A stretch of 32,845 nt of DNA, filler included, from Tricharina praecox (Eukaryota), in assembly GCF_024521635.1 (NCBI RefSeq). It is 7 parts of 7 records of this genome, joined end to end, with 100 filler letters (N's around TTAATTAATTAA, not from the genome) between each part and the next. Parts side by side here need not be neighbours in the genome. Positions count along the whole stretch, not along the records: positions 1 to 6,573 come from NW_026250493.1; positions 6,674 to 12,941 come from NW_026250494.1; 5 more parts are not named here. One strand, 5' to 3'. Positions 1-10,824 of this stretch are shown in pieces (positions within the stretch are counted from its first letter, which is position 1; every line of letters starts with the position of its first letter). Both the position numbers and the translations under genes were made by a program. The notes under the pieces were generated by a model, which saw only the letters and a program-made list of their open reading frames with translations, had not been told where the DNA came from and searched no databases.

Positions 1-72
1 TCTGCACTGCCCCCCAATTCTCCCGATCCTTGTGCCGACCCTCCCTTCGTCATTCCGTCGTGAGCCGTGACA
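1..72 (-). mobile_element. 5' end of a family-A LTR (window-truncated), inserted in a family-B LTR
   Basis: Reverse complement matches the LTR start at 380 (TGTCACGGCTCACGACGGAATGACGAAGGGAGGG); no PPT on its outer side. Confidence 0.9.
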
Positions 73-379
73 CACAGAAGCAAACGGATTCCAGAGTCTA
101 GACAGTGATCGGAGATACAGGTGATTGGAGTAACAAGTCCAGAGGACTTCGAGATCTGCGTTCATAGGGCCCCCGCAGTAGAGGAACTCCGATCCAGGGA
201 AAACTGTTATGACGAGAGAATTGAACATCGGCCTATGGGGCCGAGAACTTCGAGCGAACAACTCTTGCCGGCGCATGAGGGAGATAAGTGCTCGGAAACT
301 CCAATTCATGTTGGGCGCGTGTCCTTACCGCCTGCCTAGTCGAGAAGACTATCCGAAGAGAGCTGACGACGACTCCAGC
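73..379 (+). mobile_element. Internal fragment of a family-B LTR (host of two family-A insertions)
   Basis: Aligns by eye to ~16903-17200 (GCAAACGGATTCCAGAGTCTAGACAGTGATCGGAGAT...GAGCTGACGACGACTC). Confidence 0.9.
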
Positions 380-938
380 TGTCACGGCTCGCGATGGAAT
401 GACGAAGGGAGGGTCGGCACAAGGACCGGGAGAGTTGGGGGGCAGTGCAGAGGCAGTGCACCGGCAGTGCAAGGATGAGTCGCAGAGGATTTGGGGCTGT
501 GTGCAGGGAGCAGGGATAGCGCAGCAATGAGTCGCAGGAGATTGGGGCTGTGTGCAGGAAACAGGGGTAGTGCGGCTGCGCAGGGTATGAGTCACGGAAG
601 TGGGGTACTGGCAAGGTGGATTTCTCAGGGTCTGGCACACGCCCACGGTCATTGTCAGGTTGCGGGAAGAAGTGGAGGATTTTCTATATAAACGGGCCGT
701 TGCCCCTCTGTATTTAGTTCTTCACGCAACAACTTGTTAATTCAACCACTGTTACCTCTGTCCTTGCCTCGGCTGCCGTCTGCGCCGTAGTCCTTGTCCC
801 TGCCTCTGTTCTCAGTTGCCGTCTGCACTGAGCCCTGCCTCACCTTGTCTCCTGAACCCGTCTTGCCTCTACTGAACCCAGAACCCGATCCCCAGCCCGA
901 CTTCGCTACCTGGAGCCTTGCCCGACCGTGCCGTTACA
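380..938 (+). repeat. 5' LTR of A1 (559 bp)
   Basis: TGTCACGG...CCGTTACA imperfect terminal inverted repeat; repeated at 6014-6572. Confidence 0.97.
685..692 (+). promoter_or_regulatory. TATA box of family-A LTR
   Basis: TATATAAA present in every family-A LTR copy covering this region, ~30-40 bp upstream of the inferred transcript start (724). Confidence 0.7.
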
Positions 939-940
939 CT

Positions 941-949
941 TTGTTGCGT
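941..949 (+). promoter_or_regulatory. Self-priming primer-binding site, family A
   Basis: TTGTTGCGT, 2 nt after the LTR, is the exact reverse complement of ACGCAACAA at 724-732; no TGG tRNA-type PBS. Confidence 0.85.
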
Positions 950-977
950 CCCCTATCTCTCCACCTAGCGAACTACC

Positions 978-2174
978 ATGGCCACCAACACTCAGGTACC
1001 CGACGTCCCCCAGCAGGACGAAGTACCAGTGGCACCCCCCTTCTACCGAGAAATTCCCGCCGCCATCTACGAACAACTCGAAATCATCGTCAATCATGAT
1101 GTACCCGCCGATGATGCAACCCTGATGGGGTTGTACAATGAATTCAGAATCCTCGCCCGCGCAATCACCCAGTCCCCAATAGCCGTACCGACCTGGCGAT
1201 TCGACGACCTCGAAGAACAACTTGCCGACGCCCGCCGCATCGCCAACCGCCTCGCAACCGTCGAAACCCAACCTCAAAGCCGCGCTGAGCGTGTCCCAGA
1301 GCCAGCCATGTTCGACGGAAACACGCGAGAAACTGGAAGGGTTCGTTGCGCAACTTCGACTCAAGCTGTACAGCGACCCAGCCCGTTTCCCAACTCCAGC
1401 ACTCCGAATGGCCTATGCCTTCAACCGCTTGGAAGGCCGCGCCCAAGCCCAGATCCTGCCGTACATCGAGAATCACAACATCACCCTCACCGACGCTGAT
1501 GCGATCATCACACTCCTGAACAACGCATTTGGTGACCCTGACCCAGCGGCCACCGCTCGAGCCAAGCTACACCACCTGAAACAAGGCAATAAGGAGTTCA
1601 CCTCCTACTTTGCGGAATTCCAGATGCTTGTCTCCAAGCTCAATTGGGACGAGCATGCGAAACTTGACGCGCTGCGAGAGGAGTATCCATCGAACTCCAC
1701 CGGCAACTTGTGGGCCGTACTCAGGGCCTCAACTACGATGAGTTTGTGGCCCTCTGTCAACGCCTTGACTCCGAGCTGCGTGCCCTCCAACTTTCGTGAG
1801 GGACGTCGCACCACCAACCCCCCTCGGCAGAGTAGCGCCCCACACCCGACGGCGCCGCTCAGGCACACCACCCACAACACCATGCCCGCGACGACCACTG
1901 CCACAGGAACGGCCCCGGAGCCATGGACTTGAGTGCCAACAGCCGCAGGATCCCAGACCAAGAGCGTGCTGCCCGGCTCCGCGAAGGCCGCTGCCTGTAC
2001 TGTGGGGGAAGTGGCCACATGGCCAGGCACTGCCCCAACAAGAACCGAAATCCGTTCCGAGCAGCCGTTGCCCGGCTGGAGTCAGCCCAGCCCACCAACA
2101 CCACCCCGACTCACACCTATCACAACTGCAACCAGGATTGCGGCGAGACCTCCCAGCAGTCGGGAAAAGCCTAG
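978..2174 (+). CDS. gag: Gag of A1 (frameshifted in this assembly)
   Basis: ORF pieces 978-1499, 1222-1932 and 1923-2174 are collinear with the intact 400-aa Gag at 14018-15220; CLYCGGSGHMARHC zinc knuckle. Confidence 0.9.
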
Positions 2175-2207
2175 ACCAACAACCGCTTGATGGCACTGTT
2201 GTTGGTC
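2162..2207 (+). promoter_or_regulatory. Predicted -1 ribosomal frameshift signal (gag-pol)
   Basis: G GGA AAA heptamer in gag phase at 2162-2168; 5-nt spacer; perfect stem GACCAACAAC (2174-2183)/GTTGTTGGTC (2198-2207); -1 frame open. Confidence 0.8.
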
Positions 2208-5200
2208 GTACCCAGGATAAGTCTTTGTCTCCTATGTCCCCTATTTTTCGTTTGTCTAGTCTTTCAGTGTCAGGAATGGTTGTGGAAGAATCATCAATGG
2301 AAGGAAAACATCTTGTTGTATTGTGTAACCTTTCGTTTGGTGACAAAAACTATTGCCACGCATGCGCTGATCGACTGTGGGGCAACCGGAATTGCATTTG
2401 TAGACAAAGACTTCGCCCGCCATCACCACCTACCCCTCGTACCCCTGAAATCCCCGCGAAGTCTCGAAGTCATCGATGGCCGTCCCATCGAGTCAGGCGA
2501 CATCACACATGTTGCCACCACCACCCTGTCCATACAGGAACACCACGAGGAAATCCCTATGTTTGTCACCAAACTAGGCCACTACCCCGTTGTACTCGGA
2601 ATCCCCTGGATGGACCTCCACGATGTGGCCATCCGGTTCAGCTCCCGAACCCTCACCTTTGGCTCCCAATACTGCACAGCCAACTGCAATGCGGTGCCCA
2701 CAGTTGCACATGGAATCACCACCGACCCACCTGACGTATCCACCTATGCTCTCGCGTCAAAAGCAGCTCAGCAAGAGCCAGCGGTAAGCGCGGGGGCCGG
2801 CGACATCGTGGCCCGCTACATTACGTCTCCCCCAAGGAAGAATCACCAAGAATGCACTAACCTTTCAAGGGAAAGCACAGTCAGAATCTCAGCCTTACAG
2901 ATGGAGTCATTCCAAGAACTGGTCAACAAGGAAAGCCTCACGATTTTCAACACCACGCTTGCCGAGGTCAACGGCGCACTGGAAGGAAACAAGGACCCCA
3001 CGGCACATATCCCTCACGAATACCACGAGTTCCTACCGCTATTCTCTGAAGCCCTTGCCCAGAACCTGCCCCCGCACCGACACTACGACCATAAGATTCC
3101 ACTCAAGGAGGGATTTACGCCCCCATACGGACCCCTGTACTCACTTTCGAAAACGGAGCTTGTCGCACTGAAGGAATGGCTTGACGACAACCTCCGCAAA
3201 GGTTTCATCCGTGCCTCTTCCTCTCCAGCAGCATCGCCAATCCTGTTTGTCAAGAAATCGGACGGCTCCCTACGCCTGTGTGTGGATTACAGGGGCCTGA
3301 ACGAAGGAACAATCAAGAACAGGTACCCACTCCCACTCCTCCAAGAAACTCTGATGCGGCTATCCGGGGCAAAATACTTCACTACCCTGGATATCCGTGG
3401 TGCCTACAACCTTGTGCGGATGGCGGAAGGAGAAGAGTGGAAAACTGCCTTCCGGACACGCTATGGGCTCTTCGAATCCCTCGTCATGCCCTTCGGCCTC
3501 ACCAACGCCCCTGCCGACTTCCAAGCTCTGATCAATGATGTGCTACGCCCGTTCCTCGACGACTTCTGTACCGCATTCATCGACGACGTCTTCATTTACA
3601 GCGGATCCTTAGATGAACACCGGAAACATGTCAGGAAAGTACTTCAGGCCTTATCAGCAGCCGGTCTGCATCTCAAACCCGAAAAATGTCATTTCCACCA
3701 GACCGAAGTCAAGTATTTGGGACTGATCATTACAACAAACGGGATCAAGATGGACCCATCGAAAGTCTCCTGCATACTGGAATGGGAGGAGCCGAGTACC
3801 GTCACCGATGTGCAATGCTTTCTGGGATTTGCGAACTTCTACCGGCGATTCATCCAAGACTATTCCAAGGTGGTATCCCCATTGACAGCATTGACCAAGA
3901 AGGAGGATGGAAAGTATGTTCCCTTCGTGTGGGGACCGGAACAGCAGAAAGCATTCGACGAACTAAAAACAGCATTCACCTCGGCCCCGATCCTCCGGCA
4001 CTTCGACTACGATCGGGAGATAGTAGTGGAAACTGACGCCTCCGACTACGTCTCTGCCGGAGTCCTATCTCAGTACGACGACGAGGGAATCCTGCACCCA
4101 GTGGCATTCTATTCCAAGAAACACTCCCCGGCAGAATGCAACTACGAGATCTATGACAAAGAACTCCTTGCAATCATCCGCGCCTTTGAGGAGTGGAGAC
4201 CACACCTGGAGGGCGCTCCTCACCCCATCCAAGTCCTAAGCGACCACAAGAATCTGGAGTATTTCATGACAACGAAACTACTCAACCGACGACAAGCGCG
4301 ATGGTCAGAGTTCCTTTCCCGTTTCCATTTCAAGATTGTCTACCGACCAGGCAAAGCGGGAGGAAAACCGGATGCACTGACCAGGAGGTCAGGAGACCTC
4401 CCTAAAGAAGGGGATGAAAGACTGCTTGCCAACCAGCAGGCAGTCCTGAAACCGGATAACCTACCGGAAGAGCTCCGGTTGGCAGCAACCAACACACCCG
4501 AACAAGACCGTCCCCTCCTCACGTCACTGATAACAGAAGGCTACGACATAGACCCCGTCCCAAATCGAATCCTCGAGCTACTCCGAAATGGTACACGCCA
4601 CTCGAAGGAGATCTCCTTGGCCGAATGCCGTGAAGTCAACGGGCGACTGATCTACCGAGACTGCCTCTATGTTCCAGAGTACGACCGACTCCGACTACGA
4701 CTGATCCAGGACCACCACGACCCACCAACCATGGGGCACCCAGGGCGCGCAAAAACCCTGGAACTACTTGCTCGAAGGTACTACTGGCCACAGATGCGAA
4801 AGGACGTTGACCAGTTTGTCCGAAACTGCCACACCTGCCGACGAACCAAGGCCACCCGGCACGCACCCTATGGTGTCCTGCGCCCCCTCCCAGTACCCGA
4901 GAAGCCATGGCAACACATCTCAGTCGACTTTGTCACTGGCTTACCGGCCTCAAAGGGGTTTGACGCCATCTGTGTTTTTGTTGACCGACTGACCAAGCAA
5001 CGCCATCTCCTACCATGTACCACGACCATCACCTCGGAAGGACTGGCCGAGCTGTTCTGCGACCGGATCTTCAGGTACCACGGGTTGCCAGAAACCATCG
5101 TCTCGGATAGGGGTCCCCAGTTTGCCTCGAGATTCTGGAAACACCTATGCTCATGCCTCAAGATCGAGCCACGCCTGTCAACTGCCTTCCACCCCCAGAC

Positions 5201-6164
5201 CGACGGCCAAACCGAACGGATGAACGCCGTCATGGAACAGCACCTCCGTGCGTACGTCAGCTACCTCCAGGATGACTGGGTCGACTACCTCTTCTTGGCC
5301 GAATTCGCCGGCAACAACCAGGTCTCCGACACGACTACCCTGTCCCCATTCTTCGCTAACCTAGGATACCACCCACGGTGTGACTTTGAGCTGGATATCC
5401 GTGTCGACACCAAGGAGGAACATCAAGCTCAGAGTGCAGCGGAACGGTTGCATCAAATCCACGACGTCGCCCGCAGCCAAATGCGGTATGCCCAGGCACG
5501 GCAACAGGACGACTCCGACCGACACCGAACCCCTGCGCCAGCCTTCCAACCAGGCGACATGGTATGGGTGGATGGTCGGAACTGGCGCACCGAGAGACCC
5601 AGTCGCAAGCTGGAAAACAAACACCATGGTCCCTACCGTGTGATTCGGACAATCGGAACCCACGCCTACGAATTGGACATCCCGGACACCGTTCAGAAGC
5701 ACCGAACATTTCCTGTATCCCTCCTTCATGCCTCCGCTGACGATCCCTTCCCTGGACAAATTCCACCGCCACCACTTCCGGTAATCGTGGACGACCAAGA
5801 AGAATGGGAGGTTGAAGAGGTCCTCGACAGCCGGAACCTCAGGGGCAAACTCCAGTACCTGGTGAAATGGAGAGGCTACGCGGCACCAACATGGGAACCA
5901 GAGGAGAACCTTACCGAGGTACAAGCTGTGGACGACTTCCATCGACGATACCCCATGCAGCCTGGACCAGTCGAACTTGCTCTCGTGGGAACTCGAGCCT
6001 TAGGAGGGACTACTGTCACGGCTCGCGATGGAATGACGAAGGGAGGGTCGGCACAAGGACCGGGAGAGTTGGGGGGCAGTGCAGAGGCAGTGCACCGGCA
6101 GTGCAAGGATGAGTCGCAGAGGATTTGGGGCTGTGTGCAGGGAGCAGGGATAGCGCAGCAATGA
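2162..6164 (+). CDS. pol: Pol polyprotein of A1: protease, RT, RNase H, integrase, chromodomain
   Basis: LIDCGA; RLCVDYRGLN, MPFGLTNAP, FIDD; ETDASD; HHCC, VDF/SDRG/ERMN; GPY; EWEVEEVLD..YLVKWRGY..TWEP. One extra A near 2345-2349. Confidence 0.95.
6002..6013 (+). promoter_or_regulatory. Polypurine tract of A1
   Basis: AGGAGGGACTAC immediately before the 3' LTR; AGGAGGGGCTAC at the same place in copy A2. Confidence 0.75.
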
Positions 6165-6572
6165 GTCGCAGGAGATTGGGGCTGTGTGCAGGAAACAGGG
6201 GTAGTGCGGCTGCGCAGGGTATGAGTCACGGAAGTGGGGTACTGGCAAGGTGGATTTCTCAGGGTCTGGCACACGCCCACGGTCATTGTCAGGTTGCGGG
6301 AAGAAGTGGAGGATTTTCTATATAAACGGGCCGTTGCCCCTCTGTATTTAGTTCTTCACGCAACAACTTGTTAATTCAACCACTGTTACCTCTGTCCTTG
6401 CCTCGGCTGCCGTCTGCGCCGTAGTCCTTGTCCCTGCCTCTGTTCTCAGTTGCCGTCTGCACTGAGCCCTGCCTCACCTTGTCTCCTGAACCCGTCTTGC
6501 CTCTACTGAACCCAGAACCCGATCCCCAGCCCGACTTCGCTACCTGGAGCCTTGCCCGACCGTGCCGTTACA
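6014..6572 (+). repeat. 3' LTR of A1 (559 bp)
   Basis: Same length as 380-938 and no difference found on reading. Confidence 0.97.
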
Positions 6573-6573
6573 C

Positions 6574-6673
6574 NNNNNNNNNNNNNNNNNNNNNNNNNNN
6601 NNNNNNNNNNNNNNNNNTTAATTAATTAANNNNNNNNNNNNNNNNNNNNNNNNNNNNNNNNNNNNNNNNNNNN
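6574..6673. other. Artificial contig spacer
   Basis: 44 N + TTAATTAATTAA (stops in six frames) + 44 N. Confidence 0.99.
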
Positions 6674-6757
6674 CTTGCCAGTACCCCGCTTCCGTGACTC
6701 ATACCCTGCGCAGCCGCACTACCCCTGCTTACTGCACACAGCCCCAATTCCTCCGGC

Positions 6758-9700
6758 TCATTCCTGCATTGCCGCCCGCGCAGCCCCTTGCACTGCCCCC
6801 GCGCTGCCTTCCCACCCCTGTTCCGACTCTTCCTCGAACGTCCCGTCGCGAGCCGTGACAGTAGCCCCTCCTAAGGCTCGAGTTCCCACGAGAGCAAGTT
6901 GAACTGGTCCAGGCTTCGTTGGGTACCGTTGGTGGAAGTCGTCCACTGCCTGTACGTCCACAAGGTTCTCCTCAGGTTCCCACGTCGGTGCCGTGAAACC
7001 CCTCCACTTGACTAGGTACTGGAGTCTTCCCCTCAGCGTTCTGCTGTCCAGCACTTCCTCCACCTCCCATTCTTCTTGGTCGTTCACAATTACCGGTAAC
7101 GGTGGCGGCAGGATCTGGCCGGGGAGGGCGTCGTCGGCCGATGCATGGAGGAGGGACACTGGGAAGGTGCGGTGCTTTTGGATGGTGTTCGGGATGTCCA
7201 GTTCGTATGCGTGGGTTCCTATGGCTCGGGTAATCCGATAGGGTCCGTGGTGTTTGTTTTCCAGTTTTCGGCTTGGCCGCTCCGTCCGCCAGTTTCGGCC
7301 GTCCACCCATACCATGTCTCCAGGCTGGAAGGCCGGTGCGGGGGTTCGGTGCCGGTCCGTGTTGTCCTGCTGCCGTGCTTGGGCGTAGCGCATCTCACTT
7401 CGGGCAACGTCGTGGATCTGTTGGAGTCGCTCTGCCGCTGTCTGCGCCTCTCGCTCTTCGTTCGTGTCGGTTCGGATGTCGAGCTCGAAGTCGCAACGGG
7501 GGTGGTAGCCTAGGTTAGCAAAAAACGGGGACAGGGTAGTGGTGTCGGATGCCTGGTTGTTGCCAGCGAACTCTGCTAAGAATAGGTAGTCGACCCAGTC
7601 GTCCTGCAGGTAGCTCACGTATGCCCGGAGGTGTTGTTCCATTACCGCATTCATCCTCTCTGTTTGACCGTCTGTCTGCGGGTGGAACGCCGTGGAGAGC
7701 CGTGCGTCGATCTTGAGGCAAGAGCATAGATGTTTCCAAAATCGTGAGGCAAACTGGGGGCCCCGGTCCGATACGATGGTGTCGGGTAGTCCGTGGTATC
7801 TGAAGATTCGATCGCAGAATAGTTCGGCGAGTCCCTCAGAGGTGATGGTCGTGTTGCAGGGGAGCAGGTGTCGTTGCTTGGTGAGGCGGTCCACAAATAC
7901 GCAAATGGCATCGAATCCTTTTGAGGGAGGGAGTACGGTTACGAAGTTGACGGATATATGTTGCCAGGGTTTCTCGGGTACTGGCAGTGGGCGGAGCACA
8001 CCGTAGGGGGCGTGTCTTGTTGCTTTGGTTCGTCTGCAAGTGTGGCAGTTCCTCACGAATCGGTCAACGTCCTTCCGCATCTGGGGCCAGTAGTAGTTCC
8101 GGGCCAGGAGTTCCAAGGTTTTTGCTCTTCCGGGATGGCCCATAGCCGGCGGGTCGTGGTGGTCCTGGATCAGGCGAAGTCTGAGTGGGTCGTGTTCAGG
8201 AACGTAGAGGCAATCGTGGTAATGTAATTGTCCGTTGACTTCGCTGCAGTCGGCGAGCGAGATGTCCTTTGAGTGGCGTGTTCCGTTTCTGAGCAGTTGG
8301 AGGATCTTGTTCGGCACTGGATCTGCCTGATATGCTTTGGTTATCAGGGTAGAGAGTGCGGGACGGGGTACTTCCAACGGGTTGGTTGCTGACAATTTCA
8401 ATTCTTCCGGCAGGTTTTGGGGCTTGAGGACTGCTTGTTGGTTCGCCAGCAGTCTTTCATCCCCCTCCTTAGGGAGGTCTCCGGACCTCCTTGTCAATGC
8501 ATCCGGTTTCCCTCCTGCTTTACCAGGTCGGTAGACGATTTTGAAGTCGAAACGGGACAGGAATTCCGACCATCGTGCTTGCCGGCGGTTGAGCAACTTG
8601 GCTGACATGAAGTATTCCAGGTTCTTGTGGTCGCTCAGAACTTGGATCGGGTGCGCGGCTCCTTCAAGGTGTGGTCTCCATTCTTCAAAGGCCCGAACAA
8701 TCGCCAATAATTCTTTGTCGTAGATTTCGTAATTGCATTCCGCCGGGGAGTGTTTCTTTGAATAGAAGGCAACTGGATGCAAGATTCCATCGTCGTCGTA
8801 CTGGGAGAGGATACCGGCCGATACGTAATCCGAGGCATCAGTTTCCACCACTATTTCTCGGTCGTAGTCGAAATGTCGGAGGATCGGGGCGCTAGTGAAG
8901 GCAGTCTTGAGAGTGTCGAAGGCTTGCTGTTGGTCAATACCCCATTCGAAGGGGACGTACTTCCCATTTTCCTTTTTTGTCATTGCCGTCAGGGGAGATA
9001 CCACCTTAGAGTAGTCCTGGATAAAGCGTCTGTAATAAAGTACACTGGGAAAGTACTATACCACTCGACCAAAAGGTATTTTGATGGCTGATGGCCATCA
9101 TCCCAGTAGCTACTTAAGGCCAGGATTTCTGAACTGTGACAGCGTCGGTAGAAGTTCGCAAAGCCCAAGAAACACTGCACATCCGTTACCGTCGTCGGTT
9201 TTTCCCATTCGAGTACGCAAGAGACTTTGGCAGGATCCATCTTAATACCTTCCGTGGTTATGATCAGGCCCAGGTGTTTGACCTCCGCCTGGTGGAAGTG
9301 GCATTTCTCCGGTTTTAAATGCAGTCCGGCCGATGAAAGGGCGCGTAGCACTTTGGTGACCTGTTTTCGGTGTTCTTCCAGTGACGCGCTGTAGATCAAG
9401 ACGTCATCTAGGAAGGCGGTACAGAAGTCGTCCAGGAACGGTCGTAAAACGTCGTTGATCAGGGCTTGGAAGTCGGCTGGCGCGTTGGTTAGCCCGAAAG
9501 GCATTACCAATGATTCGAAAAGTCCGTAGCGGGTCCGGAAGGCCGTTTTCCATTCCTCCCCTTCTGTCATTCGTACCAGGTTGTAAGCACCGCGGATATC
9601 CAGTGTTGTAAAATACTTTGCACCGGACAGTCGCATCAAGGTTTCCTGGAGCAGGGGAAGTGGGTAGCGGTTCTTGATGGTTCCTTCGTTCAGGCCTCGA

Positions 9701-10824
9701 TAGTCCACACACAGTCGCAAGGAGCCGTCCGATTTTTTGACAAACAGGATCGGTGATGCCGCTGGTGATGAGGACGCACGGATAAATCCCTTGCTCAGAT
9801 TGTCGTCAAGCCATTCCTTGAGTGCGACCAGCTCGGTTTTCGAGAGCGAATAGAGGGGTCCGTAAGGGGGCACAAATCCTTCCTTTAGTGGGATCTTGTG
9901 GTCGTATTGCCGATGGGGTGGTAGGTTCTGCGCCAACCTTTCGGAGAAGAGGTGGAGAAATCCGTGATATTCGGGGGGAATGTGGGCGGTTGAGCTCTGT
10001 TTTTCTTCAGATAGAACTTCATTGATCTCCCTCAGGGTCGTGGTGAAGATGGTGAGGTTCTCCTTTCCTGCCATCTGCTGGAAAGACTTCATTCGGAGGG
10101 CTGAGATTCTGACCGTGGGTTTTCTCTGGTTAGCATCCTGCTGGTGTTCATTGATCTGGGGAGACGTAACGTATCGGGCCACGATGTCGCCGGCCCCCGC
10201 ACTTACCGCTGGCTCCTCCAGAGCTACGTTTGGTGCGAGAGCGTAAGGTAGTTCCGGTGGGTCTGTGGTGATACCGTGGGCTACTGTGGGTACCGTATTG
10301 CAGTGTGCAGTGCAATATTGGGAACCAAAGGTGAGGGTGCGTGAGCTGAATCGGATGGCCACGTCGTGTAGGTCCATCCAGGGAATTCCGAGTACGATTG
10401 GGTAGTGCCCCAGTTTGGTGACGAACATCGGGAGTTCTTCATGGTGCTCTTGGATTGACAGGGTGGTGGTGGCAACGTGTGTGATGTCACCGGACTCGAT
10501 GGGGCGGCCGTCGATGACCTCAAGGGCGCGCGGGGATTCAAGGGGTACAAGGGGTAGGTTGTGATGGCGGTCGAAGTCTTTGTCTACAAAGGCGATTCCG
10601 GTTGCTCCACAATCGATCAGCGCATGCGTGGCAATGGTTTTGTCACCAAACGAAAGGTTACATAGTACAACGAGATGTTTTCCTTCCATTGATGATTCCT
10701 CCACTACCATCCCAGACACTGACAAATTGGACAAACGAAAATGAGTAGAAAAGGGAGAAAAAGACTTATCCTGGGTACGACCAACAACGGTGCCATCAAG
10801 CAGTTGTTGGTCTAGGCTTTTCCC
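6758..10824 (-). pseudogene. pol: Pol of A2, disrupted by a 111-bp insertion
   Basis: ORFs 8989-10860 and 6758-9004 join when 9031-9146 is removed; FLDD; first integrase Asp changed to Asn (VNF, 7946-7948); slippery site at 10818-10824. Confidence 0.93.
9031..9141 (-). mobile_element. 111-bp TG...CA mini-element (mini solo LTR / TRIM-like), copy 1
   Basis: TGTCACAG...TTATTACA on the minus strand; perfect TSD GCGTC at 9026-9030 and 9142-9146; interrupts pol at FYRR/FIQD. Confidence 0.92.

Larger units (their letters stand above)
380..6572 (+). mobile_element. Full-length Ty3/gypsy chromovirus LTR retrotransposon, family A (copy A1)
   Basis: Two 559-bp TG...CA LTRs; gag with CCHC knuckle; pol in PR-RT-RH-IN-chromodomain order; PPT. 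Left flank CCAGC; the single visible base after the 3' LTR (C, 6573) fits that TSD. Confidence 0.97.

Noticed and set aside
233..691. Recurrent ORFs inside LTRs and antisense to gag/pol
   Set aside because: They recur only because the repeats recur; no motifs; expected in GC-rich DNA
2187..2345. Hydrophobic N-terminus of the 1325-aa ORF as a signal or membrane segment
   Set aside because: Wrong-frame product of the extra A near 2347; A2 shows the true frame
6618..6629. Recurring TTAATTAATTAA palindrome as a biological motif
   Set aside because: Always centred in N runs; synthetic spacer
6014..6860. Tail-to-tail A1/A2 inverted structure
   Set aside because: The two elements are on different contigs separated by a spacer
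9045..9107. Hammerhead ribozyme in the mini-element (GAAA and CTGATGG/CTGAAGG on the + strand of copy 1)
   Set aside because: Core reads CUGANGG rather than CUGANGA, stem I cannot form, and the stem II closing pair is non-canonical
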